Below are positions 10,635 to 19,618 of a stretch of 64,000 nucleotides of DNA, piece after piece. Numbering within the stretch: the stretch's first letter is position 1; the number at the start of each line of letters is the position of its first letter. The position numbers and the translations under genes are program-made. This DNA is from an uncultured Methanomicrobiaceae archaeon (GTDB lineage: Archaea > Halobacteriota > Methanomicrobia > Methanomicrobiales > Methanoculleaceae): positions 480,001 through 544,000 of the forward strand of contig CAWGXH010000004.1 in the NCBI GenBank assembly GCA_963826525.1, written 5' to 3'. The notes under the pieces are model-generated. The model was not told the DNA's origin. It saw nothing but the letters and a program-made list of their open reading frames with translations, and did not search any database.

Positions 10635-11135
10635 ATGCATCACCATAACAACATCATTCTCATCGGCATGCCCGGTGCAGGGAAGAGCACCGTGGGCGTC
10701 ATCCTTGCAAAAACTCTCGGCATGCAGTTCATCGATACGGATCTCCTGATACAGGAACGGGCCGGGAGGATGCTCCAGGAGATCCTTAACGGGGACGGGC
10801 CCGATGTGTTCAGGCGGATCGAGGAAGCGACGATCCTCTCCCTGCATCCCCGCCATGCCGTGATCGCGACGGGCGGCAGCGTGGTCTGCAGCGGGGCTGC
10901 GATGGCACACCTGACGTCGGGGGGAGTGGTCGTATACCTGGAGATCTCGTATGGGGAGATGGTAAAGAGGCTCAGGAACATCACGACCAGGGGGATAGTC
11001 CTCCTTCCGGGCCAGAGCCTCCGCGAGATGTACGACGAGCGGGTCAGGCTGTACGAGCAGTATGCCGATCTCATCCTCGCGTGTTCGGATGAGGATCTTG
11101 AGGCCGTGGTCCGGAACGTGATCGAAGCGTTGTGA
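10635..11135 (+). CDS. aroK: Shikimate kinase, bacterial NMP-kinase (AroK) type
   Basis: NIILIGMPGAGKSTVG P-loop, DTD, VIATGGSVV, ER..LYEQYAD. Confidence 0.9.
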   Translation: MHHHNNIILIGMPGAGKSTVGVILAKTLGMQFIDTDLLIQERAGRMLQEILNGDGPDVFRRIEEATILSLHPRHAVIATGGSVVCSGAAMAHLTSGGVVVYLEISYGEMVKRLRNITTRGIVLLPGQSLREMYDERVRLYEQYADLILACSDEDLEAVVRNVIEAL

Positions 11136-11243
11136 AGGAGTCCGGATGGTGTCCGGGTTCCGGCCATCCGGAGAGGGGGACGCTGCTACACTCTCGCTAC
11201 AGTACCATAAGGGATATTTAGAGAGCTATCGCACCTACCAACG

Positions 11244-11798
11244 ATGCATATCGAGTATCCCGCTATCGGAGTCTGCGGGCTCTCCTGTTTGCTCTGCCCC
11301 ATGTACAATACCGAAGCGGAGAGCAGATGTTCGGGATGCAAGAGCGCAACCAGAATGGCTGTCGGTTGCCCGTTTATTACCTGTGCCGTGAAGAGGAAGG
11401 GAATCGAGTTTTGCTGGGAGTGCGAAGAGAGCGATACGTGTGAAAAATGGAAGAAACACAGAGAAGCCGGTAAAAAACACGATTCTTTTAAGTGCTATCA
11501 GACGCTCGAGGAGGATCTCTCGTTTATATATCAACACGGCATAGCCGAATTTCAAAAGATACAGGGACAGCGGGAGTTTTTACTCAGGGAGATGTTGCAA
11601 AACTTCAACGAAGGCCGTTCAAAAAGCTATTACTGTATTGCTGCAACTGTTCTGGAACGCGAAGAACTTGAGGAAGCACTGTCCCGGGCAAGAAGAGAAT
11701 CCGGGGGGCTTGACGTCAAGGCAAAGTCAAAGGTTCTTCACCGGATTCTTGACGATATCGCTTCAAGGAAAGACTATCGCTTAACATTGAGGAAATAA
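11244..11798 (+). CDS. DUF3795-domain cysteine-rich protein
   Basis: CGLSCLLCP..CSGC..CPFITC..FCWEC..C; NEGRSKSYYC. Confidence 0.85.
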   Translation: MHIEYPAIGVCGLSCLLCPMYNTEAESRCSGCKSATRMAVGCPFITCAVKRKGIEFCWECEESDTCEKWKKHREAGKKHDSFKCYQTLEEDLSFIYQHGIAEFQKIQGQREFLLREMLQNFNEGRSKSYYCIAATVLEREELEEALSRARRESGGLDVKAKSKVLHRILDDIASRKDYRLTLRK

Positions 11799-11986
11799 GC
11801 ACGGTAGCGCTTTCCCGCTCCATACCACAGTACTAATCAGTCCCCGTCGGCGTCTCGAGTTCGACAAGAACGACCCGCACTCCCGGTTCGGGAGTCGGAA
11901 TTCCATCCCGGAGAATGATCCGGACGATCCTCCGGCCGGTCTTCGCGGCGCCTCCGATCCTCCCCGATCCCCCGCAGGCCCGGGGT

Positions 11987-12424
11987 CTAGCCGGTACGGG
12001 GAAGGATCTCCTCGATCATGATCGCGTAGGTGATCGTCTCTCCTGCAAGGGGGTGATTTCCGTCGACGGTGACGCTTTTGTCGTCTACGTCGAGCACGGT
12101 TACCCGGCAGGGTTTTCCCAGCACCTCGACGGTGATGAACTCTCCGGGAACCGGTTCGTGGTCGAGTTTGAGCTTTTTGCGTTTTATCGTGACCACGAGT
12201 TTCCGCCGGAACTTCCCGTAGGCCTTCTCCGGGGGCAGCACCACGGTCACCGTCTCGCCCGGCTCTCTGCCGATCAGCGCCTCCTCAAAGAGGGGATTGA
12301 TCTGCTTCGCTCCGAGGGTTACCCGGACCGGCTCGCCCGGCCGGGTATCCTCGAAGATCTCGCCGTCGGGGCGGGTGCTGGTGAAGTGCAGGAGCAGGGT
12401 ATCGCCGTCTGTCACGGGTGCCAT
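11987..12424 (-). CDS. FKBP-type peptidyl-prolyl isomerase (SlyD-like)
   Basis: PPEKAYG, VTVDGNHPLAGETI. Confidence 0.92.
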   Translation of the reverse strand: MAPVTDGDTLLLHFTSTRPDGEIFEDTRPGEPVRVTLGAKQINPLFEEALIGREPGETVTVVLPPEKAYGKFRRKLVVTIKRKKLKLDHEPVPGEFITVEVLGKPCRVTVLDVDDKSVTVDGNHPLAGETITYAIMIEEILPRTG

Positions 12425-12533
12425 AGCTACCGGATCGGTTTGTCGGGGCGGTGCTTTAATTCACCGGGAGTACGGAGCGTCTTCGGGATCCCTCCTGAAA
12501 GGTTTGCACCGTTTCCACGGCGGCGGAGGGCTT

Positions 12534-12612
12534 GTTACACCACGCCTCTGGCAAGGTTATCGGGGGCTTGACCGGCTCTGCCCCCGGGGCAGTGACGGAG
12601 TCGACCGGCTGC
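12534..12612 (-). pseudogene. C-terminal remnant of an MNT (minimal nucleotidyltransferase) gene, repeat unit 0
   Basis: QPVDSVT...EAWC; 12586-12602 matches 15808-15824 at 16/17 nt. Confidence 0.5.
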
Positions 12613-12678
12613 TCGGGCAGGAGTACGAAAATTACTATTTCTGAGCAAATACCCGCAGAATGTGGGATACGCAAATTA

Positions 12679-13513
12679 TCAATCTGTTCTGCGGGCATAC
12701 CTGAATCGCGCCAACGTCTTTGGCCCCCATAAGAACACCACGATCACAGCCGTGATGGCAATGAGCCCATAGCCGATAGCCCCGTCGTACAGTTCGAAAG
12801 CTGAACGACTACCGGGAAATATGCTCCTTCCAGTATTGGTCACGGCATGAAAGAGTATAGCTGCAAAGACGCTTTTTCCAGTGTTGTTATAGAGCCAGAC
12901 GGTCAGAATCCGGAAACTAACGGCCAGTATAACTCCTCCCCATATAAACAATCCTAGGGTCTGACCGATTGAAATCTCCGACGGGAAATGCCACACCGCA
13001 TGGATCAACCCAATGATGAGGCTGGCTGCCAGTGCGGTGTACCGGGCTTGCATAGGATCGGTGGCATATCCCGTATAGCCGAGCTCTTCACCTGCAGCGG
13101 CAAAAAAGTACCGCAATAAAGAGGAGCGGTGTAAAAAGGGACGGGGTCCAAACGGTTGGGACTGGTAGCCCGACGAGACGCATTATCACGTAGGTCAGCA
13201 CGTAGATAAACGGCATCAGGAGAATGATGGGAACATACCAGGCTTTCTTCGTGATCCTCTTATAATCGAAGGTTCTTTTCAACAGGTTTTTTACCCCTGA
13301 AAGGTTCTCTTCCCGGTACACAAGGATGGATGCCGCTATCATTGGGGTAAAAGTGGCCACAATGTCTGTCACGGGAAGATTATCCCCCACGGGAAGCTTC
13401 AGCGGATACATGACATTAAGCACCCAAAGTGGAATAGAAAGAGCGTAAACCAATACAAAGAATAGATAGGGTGACCTTTTTGAGGTGCTGTTGTTCAGGG
13501 CCTGCACTCCCAT
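12679..13513 (-). CDS. CPBP/CAAX (Abi) intramembrane metalloprotease; frameshift near 13110
   Basis: GEELGYTGY, HAVWHFP, WLYNNTGKSVFAAILFHAVTN; TATA-like TTTTTATA ~25 bp upstream; lower GC than core genes. Confidence 0.88.
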
Positions 13514-13572
13514 TGAAGGGTCGGACTCGTTTTGATTGTATAAAAAAGTTCCTTCCTCCGTCATTCTATGCG

Positions 13573-13636
13573 AAAACGGCTCTTTTAACCGGAATCCGCA
13601 CCGACCGCGACATCGTTACCGGCTCAACAGCTTTGA
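13573..13636 (+). repeat. 64-bp perfect direct repeat, copy 1
   Basis: AAAACGGCTC...CAACAGCTTTGA is identical to 15637-15700. Confidence 0.97.
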
Positions 13637-13869
13637 TGCGTACTCCGGACTCGGGACTGTCTTCACCCCTGTTTCCGGTAGGTTCTCTTCGTCGCCGGTC
13701 TCTCGAATGCCCGTGCAGTAGTAGCGGTGAGGTGGTCGGAGTCCCTGACGAATGTCGCCGAGACCTCTCGCTGGATCGCTCGCCATACCTGCCCGATGGG
13801 ACTTTCGATCCGGGGGTGCGGGGGAGGATGGGCGAGTCGGATGGTGTTGGTGGCGAGCTCCCAAATGAG
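13616..13869 (-). mobile_element. IS630-family transposase 3' remnant, copy 1
   Basis: TIRLAHPPPHPRIESPIGQVWRAIQREVSATFVRDSDHLTATTARAFE resembles the LPPYSPDLNPIEQVWRxxKR DDE_3 motif; ends VKTVPSPEYASKLLSR* after a shift. Confidence 0.75.
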
Positions 13870-13872
13870 GGT

Positions 13873-14033
13873 GCGACGTTCGAAGAGGTGCTCACGGGAG
13901 AATGGGAGCTTCCATGAAGTTCCGGAACACCTGTCTGCCCGGGTGCGAACCGGGTCGGCACGTTTACGTCGCTCTCCAGCTTGTCATCGCCCCGGTCGGT
14001 CGACCCGAAGATGCCGATCGTCGCGACGCCGAG
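13873..14033 (-). pseudogene. Degraded MNT nucleotidyltransferase (MntA-like antitoxin), repeat unit 1
   Basis: LGVATIGIFGSTDRGDDKLESDVNV..RFAPGQT / FRNFME / FSREHLFERR; carries the FGS..RG....SDxD signature in degraded form. Confidence 0.78.
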
Positions 14034-14176
14034 CCCTCACGGATCAGCGTCAAGCCTGGCGATGAAAGTGATTGAGGCCTGGAAACACCCAGAGATGGTG
14101 AGGTAGCGATCTTCAAACTCCTTGCGTACTCATGATGCAGGTTCTCTCACGGGTATACTATGCTAAAGAAAGATTC

Positions 14177-14203
14177 TCTCCCGAAATACGAGATTTCGGG
14201 AGA
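14177..14203. repeat. Perfect 11-bp inverted repeat with 5-nt spacer
   Basis: TCTCCCGAAAT-ACGAG-ATTTCGGGAGA. Confidence 0.8.
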
Positions 14204-14718
14204 TATCGCCAATATCAATACAGACTCCCTAACCAAGCACATAAGAGAATCTTTTGTGATGTTCTTCCCCCTTTCTTTGGAGAGGGGCTCCAGGATTTTA
14301 AACCCTACACGTTAAGAAATCCATCAAACCTGAAACGAAATGGTATGCACGGTAACGTATCGGCTAAGACGATCCGCAAGCGGCATGTCAATCTGATGAG
14401 GAAGAGGGCTCGTAAAGATTCCGCTGTAGCGAATTTCCTCCATGGTAAGCGGAGTCAAAGGTAGGAGACGGTGTTTACCTGGAGCAGATCGGGTTTGCTA
14501 TCGGGAATATCCGAAAGCCCTCCCGTTTATCCCCTCTCTGGATGATCCCCCCTGAGTGGTCGAGGAAATTCGTTTGAAAATAACTGAACATTCCTTTTTT
14601 TGGATACAGTGATGGTGTTTTAAAAAAGAAGAGACGGGACTGTAAACGGGCGAGAGAAGAAAGAGAAGAGAAAGGGAGTGCGACCACCCCCACCCTCCGA
14701 TGGTTCGGCATCAGTTAA

Positions 14719-15467
14719 TTAAAGCCCATAAGGACCTTGCAGATCGGGTTTGAGTGTTGTGCCGTAGATGTAGTAGGAAATTGTGCGCCCCCCCCTGTTG
14801 TAATCATTATAGTATTCAAACACCGTACTCCCGGTTTGGTCCTTGCCTCCCACGACTATGGCGTGAATCTTTACCAATGCACGATCCGGCACGCCAAGAG
14901 CGTCGAGAGGCATGTACACGTAGTCACCATTCCATATCCCTGATGTATGACCGGACTCCTTCCATGTGACACCGTCGTCGGTGCTATAATAACACGCCAG
15001 TCAGTTACAAACCAGCCATAATTATGGAATTCAAAATAGGATACGAACGCCATCGGCGTCAGGCCGAGGAGTTGGTTAACCGTTACCGACCTCGTCGGCG
15101 AGGTGACCTTCTTGAAGATCTTATCCCCGTCGAACACCGCCTTGTAGTAGTAGGTTCCCGGAGTGTCCTGGCTCGTCGTCACGGTATACTGCCCGTCGTC
15201 GTCCGTATTTACAGAGCCTACCTCCGTCCACTTCTTTTCGTCCGTCGACGTGTATACGGTGATGAGCCTGTGGGGAACCGGTGTGCTGGACGTCCCATAG
15301 GTGAGGGTGCCGTTTATCTGAAACGCTTCTCCGACAACTGGCGGCGGCATCGTAGGCGACTCACAGCTGAGCGCCGTCTTTGCCGGCCCTTCGGCTGCCG
15401 CGGTGGTCGTGCCGGCGGCCGCCATGAGCAGCACGGCGAGCACCGTGATCAAAACAATTCGTTTCAT
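14719..15467 (-). CDS. Secreted protein with Ig-like domain plus a C-terminal domain; frameshift near 15003
   Basis: Signal peptide MKRIVLITVLAVLLMAAAG; NTDDDGQY..PGTYYYKAVFDGD Ig-like pattern; continues as YYSTDDGVTWKESG...GTTLKPDLQGPYGL*; pyrimidine-rich terminator-like tract downstream. Confidence 0.75.
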
Positions 15468-15636
15468 GGTTCTCACATCCTTTACGGCGGCATGATGAAC
15501 GCCGCCGGGTTGTAAGCGACGTATAACCCAATTACTCATGATAAAGGTATTTGTGATGGCCGGGCTCGTTATCGCGCATTGTGTTGCGTGACCCCCTCCG
15601 CGACGGCATAAAAACCCGGTCTCCTTTTTCGATGCC

Positions 15637-15700
15637 AAAACGGCTCTTTTAACCGGAATCCGCACCGACCGCGACATCGTTACCGGCTCAACAGCTTTGA
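15637..15700 (+). repeat. 64-bp perfect direct repeat, copy 2
   Basis: Identical to 13573-13636. Confidence 0.97.
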
Positions 15701-15788
15701 CGAGTACTCTGGAATCAGGAATGTCTTCACCCATGTTTCCGGTAGGTTCTCTTCGCCGCCGGCTTCTCGAACGCCCGTGCAGTAGTAG
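15680..15788 (-). mobile_element. IS630-family transposase 3' remnant, copy 2
   Basis: TTARAFEKPAAKRTYRK / WVKTFLIPEYSSKLLSR*; homologous to 13616-13724. Confidence 0.7.
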
Positions 15789-15812
15789 GATGCCTGATCG
15801 GTTTGTCGGGGC

Positions 15813-15976
15813 GGTGACGGAGTCAACACGGCGGCCAGAAAGCGGTCTTCGCGGGAGAACGCGAGTTCCATGAAGTTCTGGAACGTCGTCTGCCGGGTGC
15901 GAACCGGGCCGGGCAGACCCGTCTACGTCGTTCTCCGGCTGGTCGATCCGAAGACGGCAATCTTCGCGACGCCGAA
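15813..15976 (-). pseudogene. Degraded MNT nucleotidyltransferase, repeat unit 2
   Basis: FGVAKIAVFGS / QPENDVD / RFAPG / QTTFQNFMELAFSREDRF / GRRVDSVT across frameshifts. Confidence 0.8.
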
Positions 15977-16229
15977 CCCTCATGATCAGTGGGAGCACTC
16001 AACGGCACTCAAAGCAGACAGGAAAAACCACCCAGAGGGAGGGGAAGTCGGTATCAGCGAGTTAGGGGGAAGTTGCGGGCCTCGACCAAATACCTAATCC
16101 TCAGCCCCTACTCCCAGAAAAAACAGCATGAACCGAAGGGAACCGTCACAGAAATAGATGCGGAACTTTCCCTCAAGTTGCTTTACGTATTTCGAGTCCT
16201 GAATGATAATGTTCCATTGGGTCTCGGGG

Positions 16230-17598
16230 ACTTCCAGTAGTGTAGTATTTCTTCGGCTTCATGGGAGAGCGATCTAAAAAATTCATGAGTTTCTAACATC
16301 GGCCGGCAGTGTACACGACTTTACTTGCGAGTTCGCTGGATATCTCCCTATCCGGAATAACCTTCTGGTAAAGAACACTCAAGTTGATCATTACCCTGCA
16401 TATATCGAAGAAGACAAGCGGATTACCCATAAGGGTCTGATACAATGCAATCGATCGTGATAACTCCCTTTTTGCCAGATCGGGTCTATTCGTACTGGTC
16501 TGCATAACTCCGATACTATTAAGCGCCCTGGCGAGGCCAGTTGTGGAAGAACTCACATCACAGGTGTTTTTCCGTAAATATCGATACAGTGGAATTGACC
16601 TCACGGAATTCAGTTTCTGCCTGATCCGGAAGTCCCATATCTGCATGGATAACCGCCAGACGATGCAGGGTTTCCGCCAGGTGAGGCAGGTATTCTCCGG
16701 GATTGTCCTGTCCCCCGTTTCCCCCTGCAGATAACCGTGGCTTCCCGACAGTCCTCAAGTGCATCCGGTCCGGCACCGGCCTGTATCGATAACGATATCG
16801 ATGTGGAAAGGGCTTCGAAAAGGAGCGGCTGATACCGATCGTGATCAGTCTGCCGCAATGTCGCATATATCGAAACAATTTCGTCGATACATCGGGCTAC
16901 TGCACAGGAGTCTCCTATTTCCTGGAGTAATTGAGCGTATCTCATCAGGCTCTTCGCCAGTACCTGGCAGATATCTCTGAGAATTAATCTTTGCGCAATC
17001 CCTTCGATGCTCGATAGATTCACCGAATGATTCCCTGCTTTTTCATAACTCTTTGTACCCTTGAGAGGTTTGTTTTTGCACAGTCACTGTGGCGAGATTG
17101 GCGAGGGCTGCTGCGATGTGCGGTGTGAATGACCCGGGATTTTTTCGTTCGGCATGCCGATAAAACACAAGTGCCTCAAGGAATTTCTCTTCTGCTTTTT
17201 GGATGTCCCCTCCATATACGGACCAGCGCCCGTACATTACTGCGAGGTTGTGCAACGCTAGAGCGGCATGCCGGGAGGTCTCTGGTTTGTATGAATCGAG
17301 GAGCTGCAGGTACAGGGGTTCAATCTCCTTGCCCATACCCCTTCCTCTGATACCAGACACAATACTCAAAGAGGTTCTCGGGAAATGCGTCACTTGCGAC
17401 AGAGGGTTTTAGAAACCTTCCCCGATCATAACATACCCCATTGATTCTATCGAGTTCGGAAAGCAACGCTTTCAGGAAAAAGCACGTGGCGTTATGCCGT
17501 AATCTTTTATCCAGTTCGCCCCAATCCCAACTACCGTCTGTTTTTTTTTGCGGTGAGGAGAGATGTCTGCTCTTCTTGTAGTTGCTAGGAGTCTTCAC
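16230..17598 (-). pseudogene. Tetratricopeptide-repeat protein, fragmented; end coordinates approximate
   Basis: ALALHNLAVMY, AAALANLA, LAETLHRLAVIHADMG, LARALNSIGV repeats spread over many short ORFs; low GC. Confidence 0.75.
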
Positions 17599-17599
17599 A

Positions 17600-18061
17600 T
17601 CATTTCGCCCTGCAAAAGGCCGCGTCTTCGATGTGCCGCTTTACCTCCTGCAGGAGTGGAGAGTCGAAGGAAATAGTTTCCTTGAGACTGATCAGCCTCC
17701 GGAGTTGTTTTTCAAATCTGGCGGCATCTCTTTTCACCTCTCCGAACGCATAGCCTGCATTTATCCGCCGGTAGATGGAAACCCCATCTTTTCGGGGATA
17801 CCGCTTCTGCAGTTTATCCAGCCGCGATCAAGCTGCAAAATCAGGAGATTTTTCAAGGTACGGCTTCACATCGATTTCCGGATCTTCATCGTCCACACAA
17901 TCGAGAATTACCGTTTGATACCTGGTCCATACGAGAACAACCGTGCTGTTCGGAGATGCCGGGGACGGGATACGGGCATTTCCCCGGTGAAGAAGTGGAT
18001 CGAACGATCCAAAGGAGCGCTCATTTTCGTCAACGTTTTCCACAGGATGTTCGCTGTACAT
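17600..18061 (-). pseudogene. Hypothetical gene with an internal TGA
   Basis: 154-codon frame interrupted only by TGA at 17828-17830; open antisense ORF 17582..18094. Confidence 0.4.
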
Positions 18062-18360
18062 TCAGAAACAAGATATTCGGGTTTTGATCGTTAGGGTACT
18101 AAAGCCATTCGATGTTGCGCAGGGCGAGAAAGTATTTCTCCGGATTCCGTTATCCCGGCAATCTCGTTTTCCGGTCATCCCAGAATCGAGAGGAACGGGT
18201 GAACATCCCCGTGAAGAGAAGGATTATTCGCTACCGGGGTTGTGACAATCAAGAGCGGGTGGAAAAGAAGAGATAGACATCGCCGGGGAGAACAGAGGAA
18301 AAAGGGTCACCGACGGTCCCGAAATAGCGACTGCTACGGCCATTGATCTCCGAAAACCGA

Positions 18361-18434
18361 TGGGCTCGCTGAGATTCGAACTCAGGATCTTCGCCGTGTG
18401 AAGGCGACGTCATGACCAGCTAGACCACGAGCCC
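18361..18434 (-). tRNA. tRNA-Val(CAC)
   Basis: GGGCTCG acceptor stem, TCGCC-TTCACAC-GGCGA anticodon arm, TTCGAAT T-loop; CCA not encoded. Confidence 0.97.
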
Positions 18435-18437
18435 TGA

Positions 18438-18508
18438 TGCATCGACCGGGAATTGAACCCGGGCTATTGGCTTGGAAGGCCAAAGTCATACCACTAGACC
18501 ATCGATGC
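18438..18508 (-). tRNA. tRNA-Gly(TCC)
   Basis: GCATCGA acceptor stem, TTGGC-CTTCCAA-GCCAA anticodon arm, TTCAATT T-loop. Confidence 0.97.
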
Positions 18509-18544
18509 GCTGCACGAAGTGCCTACGTAGTTTGTCGGTGCCGG

Positions 18545-18556
18545 ATAATAAAGGTT
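18545..18556 (-). promoter_or_regulatory. TATA box for the tRNA-Gly/Val transcript
   Basis: AACCTTTATTAT on the minus strand, ~37 bp upstream of tRNA-Gly. Confidence 0.55.
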
Positions 18557-18584
18557 GAGATTATCGGAAGGATTCCGGGGAGGA

Positions 18585-19468
18585 TTAGTATCCCCGGACC
18601 TCCGACTCGAGCGCCTCGAGGGCGGCAACGCGCTTCTCGAGCGACGGGTGGGTGGAGAAGAGCTCCATCAAGGTGTTCCCCGAGAGAGCGGGGATGATGA
18701 AGAACGCGTTCGCACCCTCCACCTCCTGCTTCTTCTCGGCGGGAACGTAGTCCATCCTGCCGCTGATCTTCTGCAGCGCCGAGATCAGTGCCCGGGGGTT
18801 CCCGGTGATGTAGGCGCTGCCCCGGTCGGCCGCGAACTCCCGGTAGCGGGAGAGCGCCCGGATCAGGAGCGTGCTCATGATCCAGACCAGGATCGAGGCG
18901 ATGAAGACGACGATCATCGCCCCGCCGTTGCTGTCGCGCCGGCCGAAGAGCCCCATGAAGAGCCAGTTCCGCATCACCAGGAAGGCGAGCATCGAGATGA
19001 AACTCGCGAGCGTCAGGGTCAGCATATCCCGGTTCTTGACGTGGGAGAGTTCGTGGGCGAGCACGGCCTCGAGCTCCTCCTTCGAGAGCATGCGCATGAT
19101 CGAGTCCGTCACCGCCACCACGGCGTTGTTGTAGTTCCGCCCGGTCGCGAACGCGTTCGGGACGGGGGATGCCATGATCCCGATCTTCGGCATGGGCAGG
19201 TCCGCTTCGGTCGCGAGACGCCGCACCGACCGGTACAGCTCGGGATACTCGTCCTCATCGACGATACGGGTGCCCGGTACTCCAGAGCACCAGTTTGTCG
19301 GAGAAGAAGTACTGGACAAATGCCATCCCGACCGCGATGATCAGGAGGAACTCGAAGCCTGAATCCAAGGGCGGATAAGACGCCGAGGAAGATCAGATAG
19401 ACGATGAGCAGCAGGAACGACGTCAGCGCCATTCGTGCGGTCAGCCCAAAGTCACGGGTCCATTTCAT
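18585..19468 (-). CDS. htpX: Zinc metalloprotease HtpX; frameshift(s) near 19320-19360
   Basis: PNAFATG, AVLAHELSHVKNRD, SRYREFAADRG, FSTHP. Confidence 0.93.
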
Positions 19469-19618
19469 ATCGAGCTACTGTTGGACGGGGGGGATATTAA
19501 TACATCCGTCCGTGGATCCGGAAACGGACGGAGATGCTCTTCCCGAGAGCGCCGGGGGCGTATCCGCGCCACTGGCATTATTAAGAGACAGCGTCAACAG
19601 GTAAGCGAGGGAATCTGG

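Noticed and set aside
14331-14445. Hammerhead-like CTGATGA with upstream GAAA
   Set aside because: Stem II cannot form and the core spacing and cleavage-site geometry do not fit.
17828-17830. In-frame TGA as selenocysteine or recoding
   Set aside because: No Cys/Sec-type motif context, it lies in a decayed low-GC region, and Methanomicrobiales are not known to use Sec.
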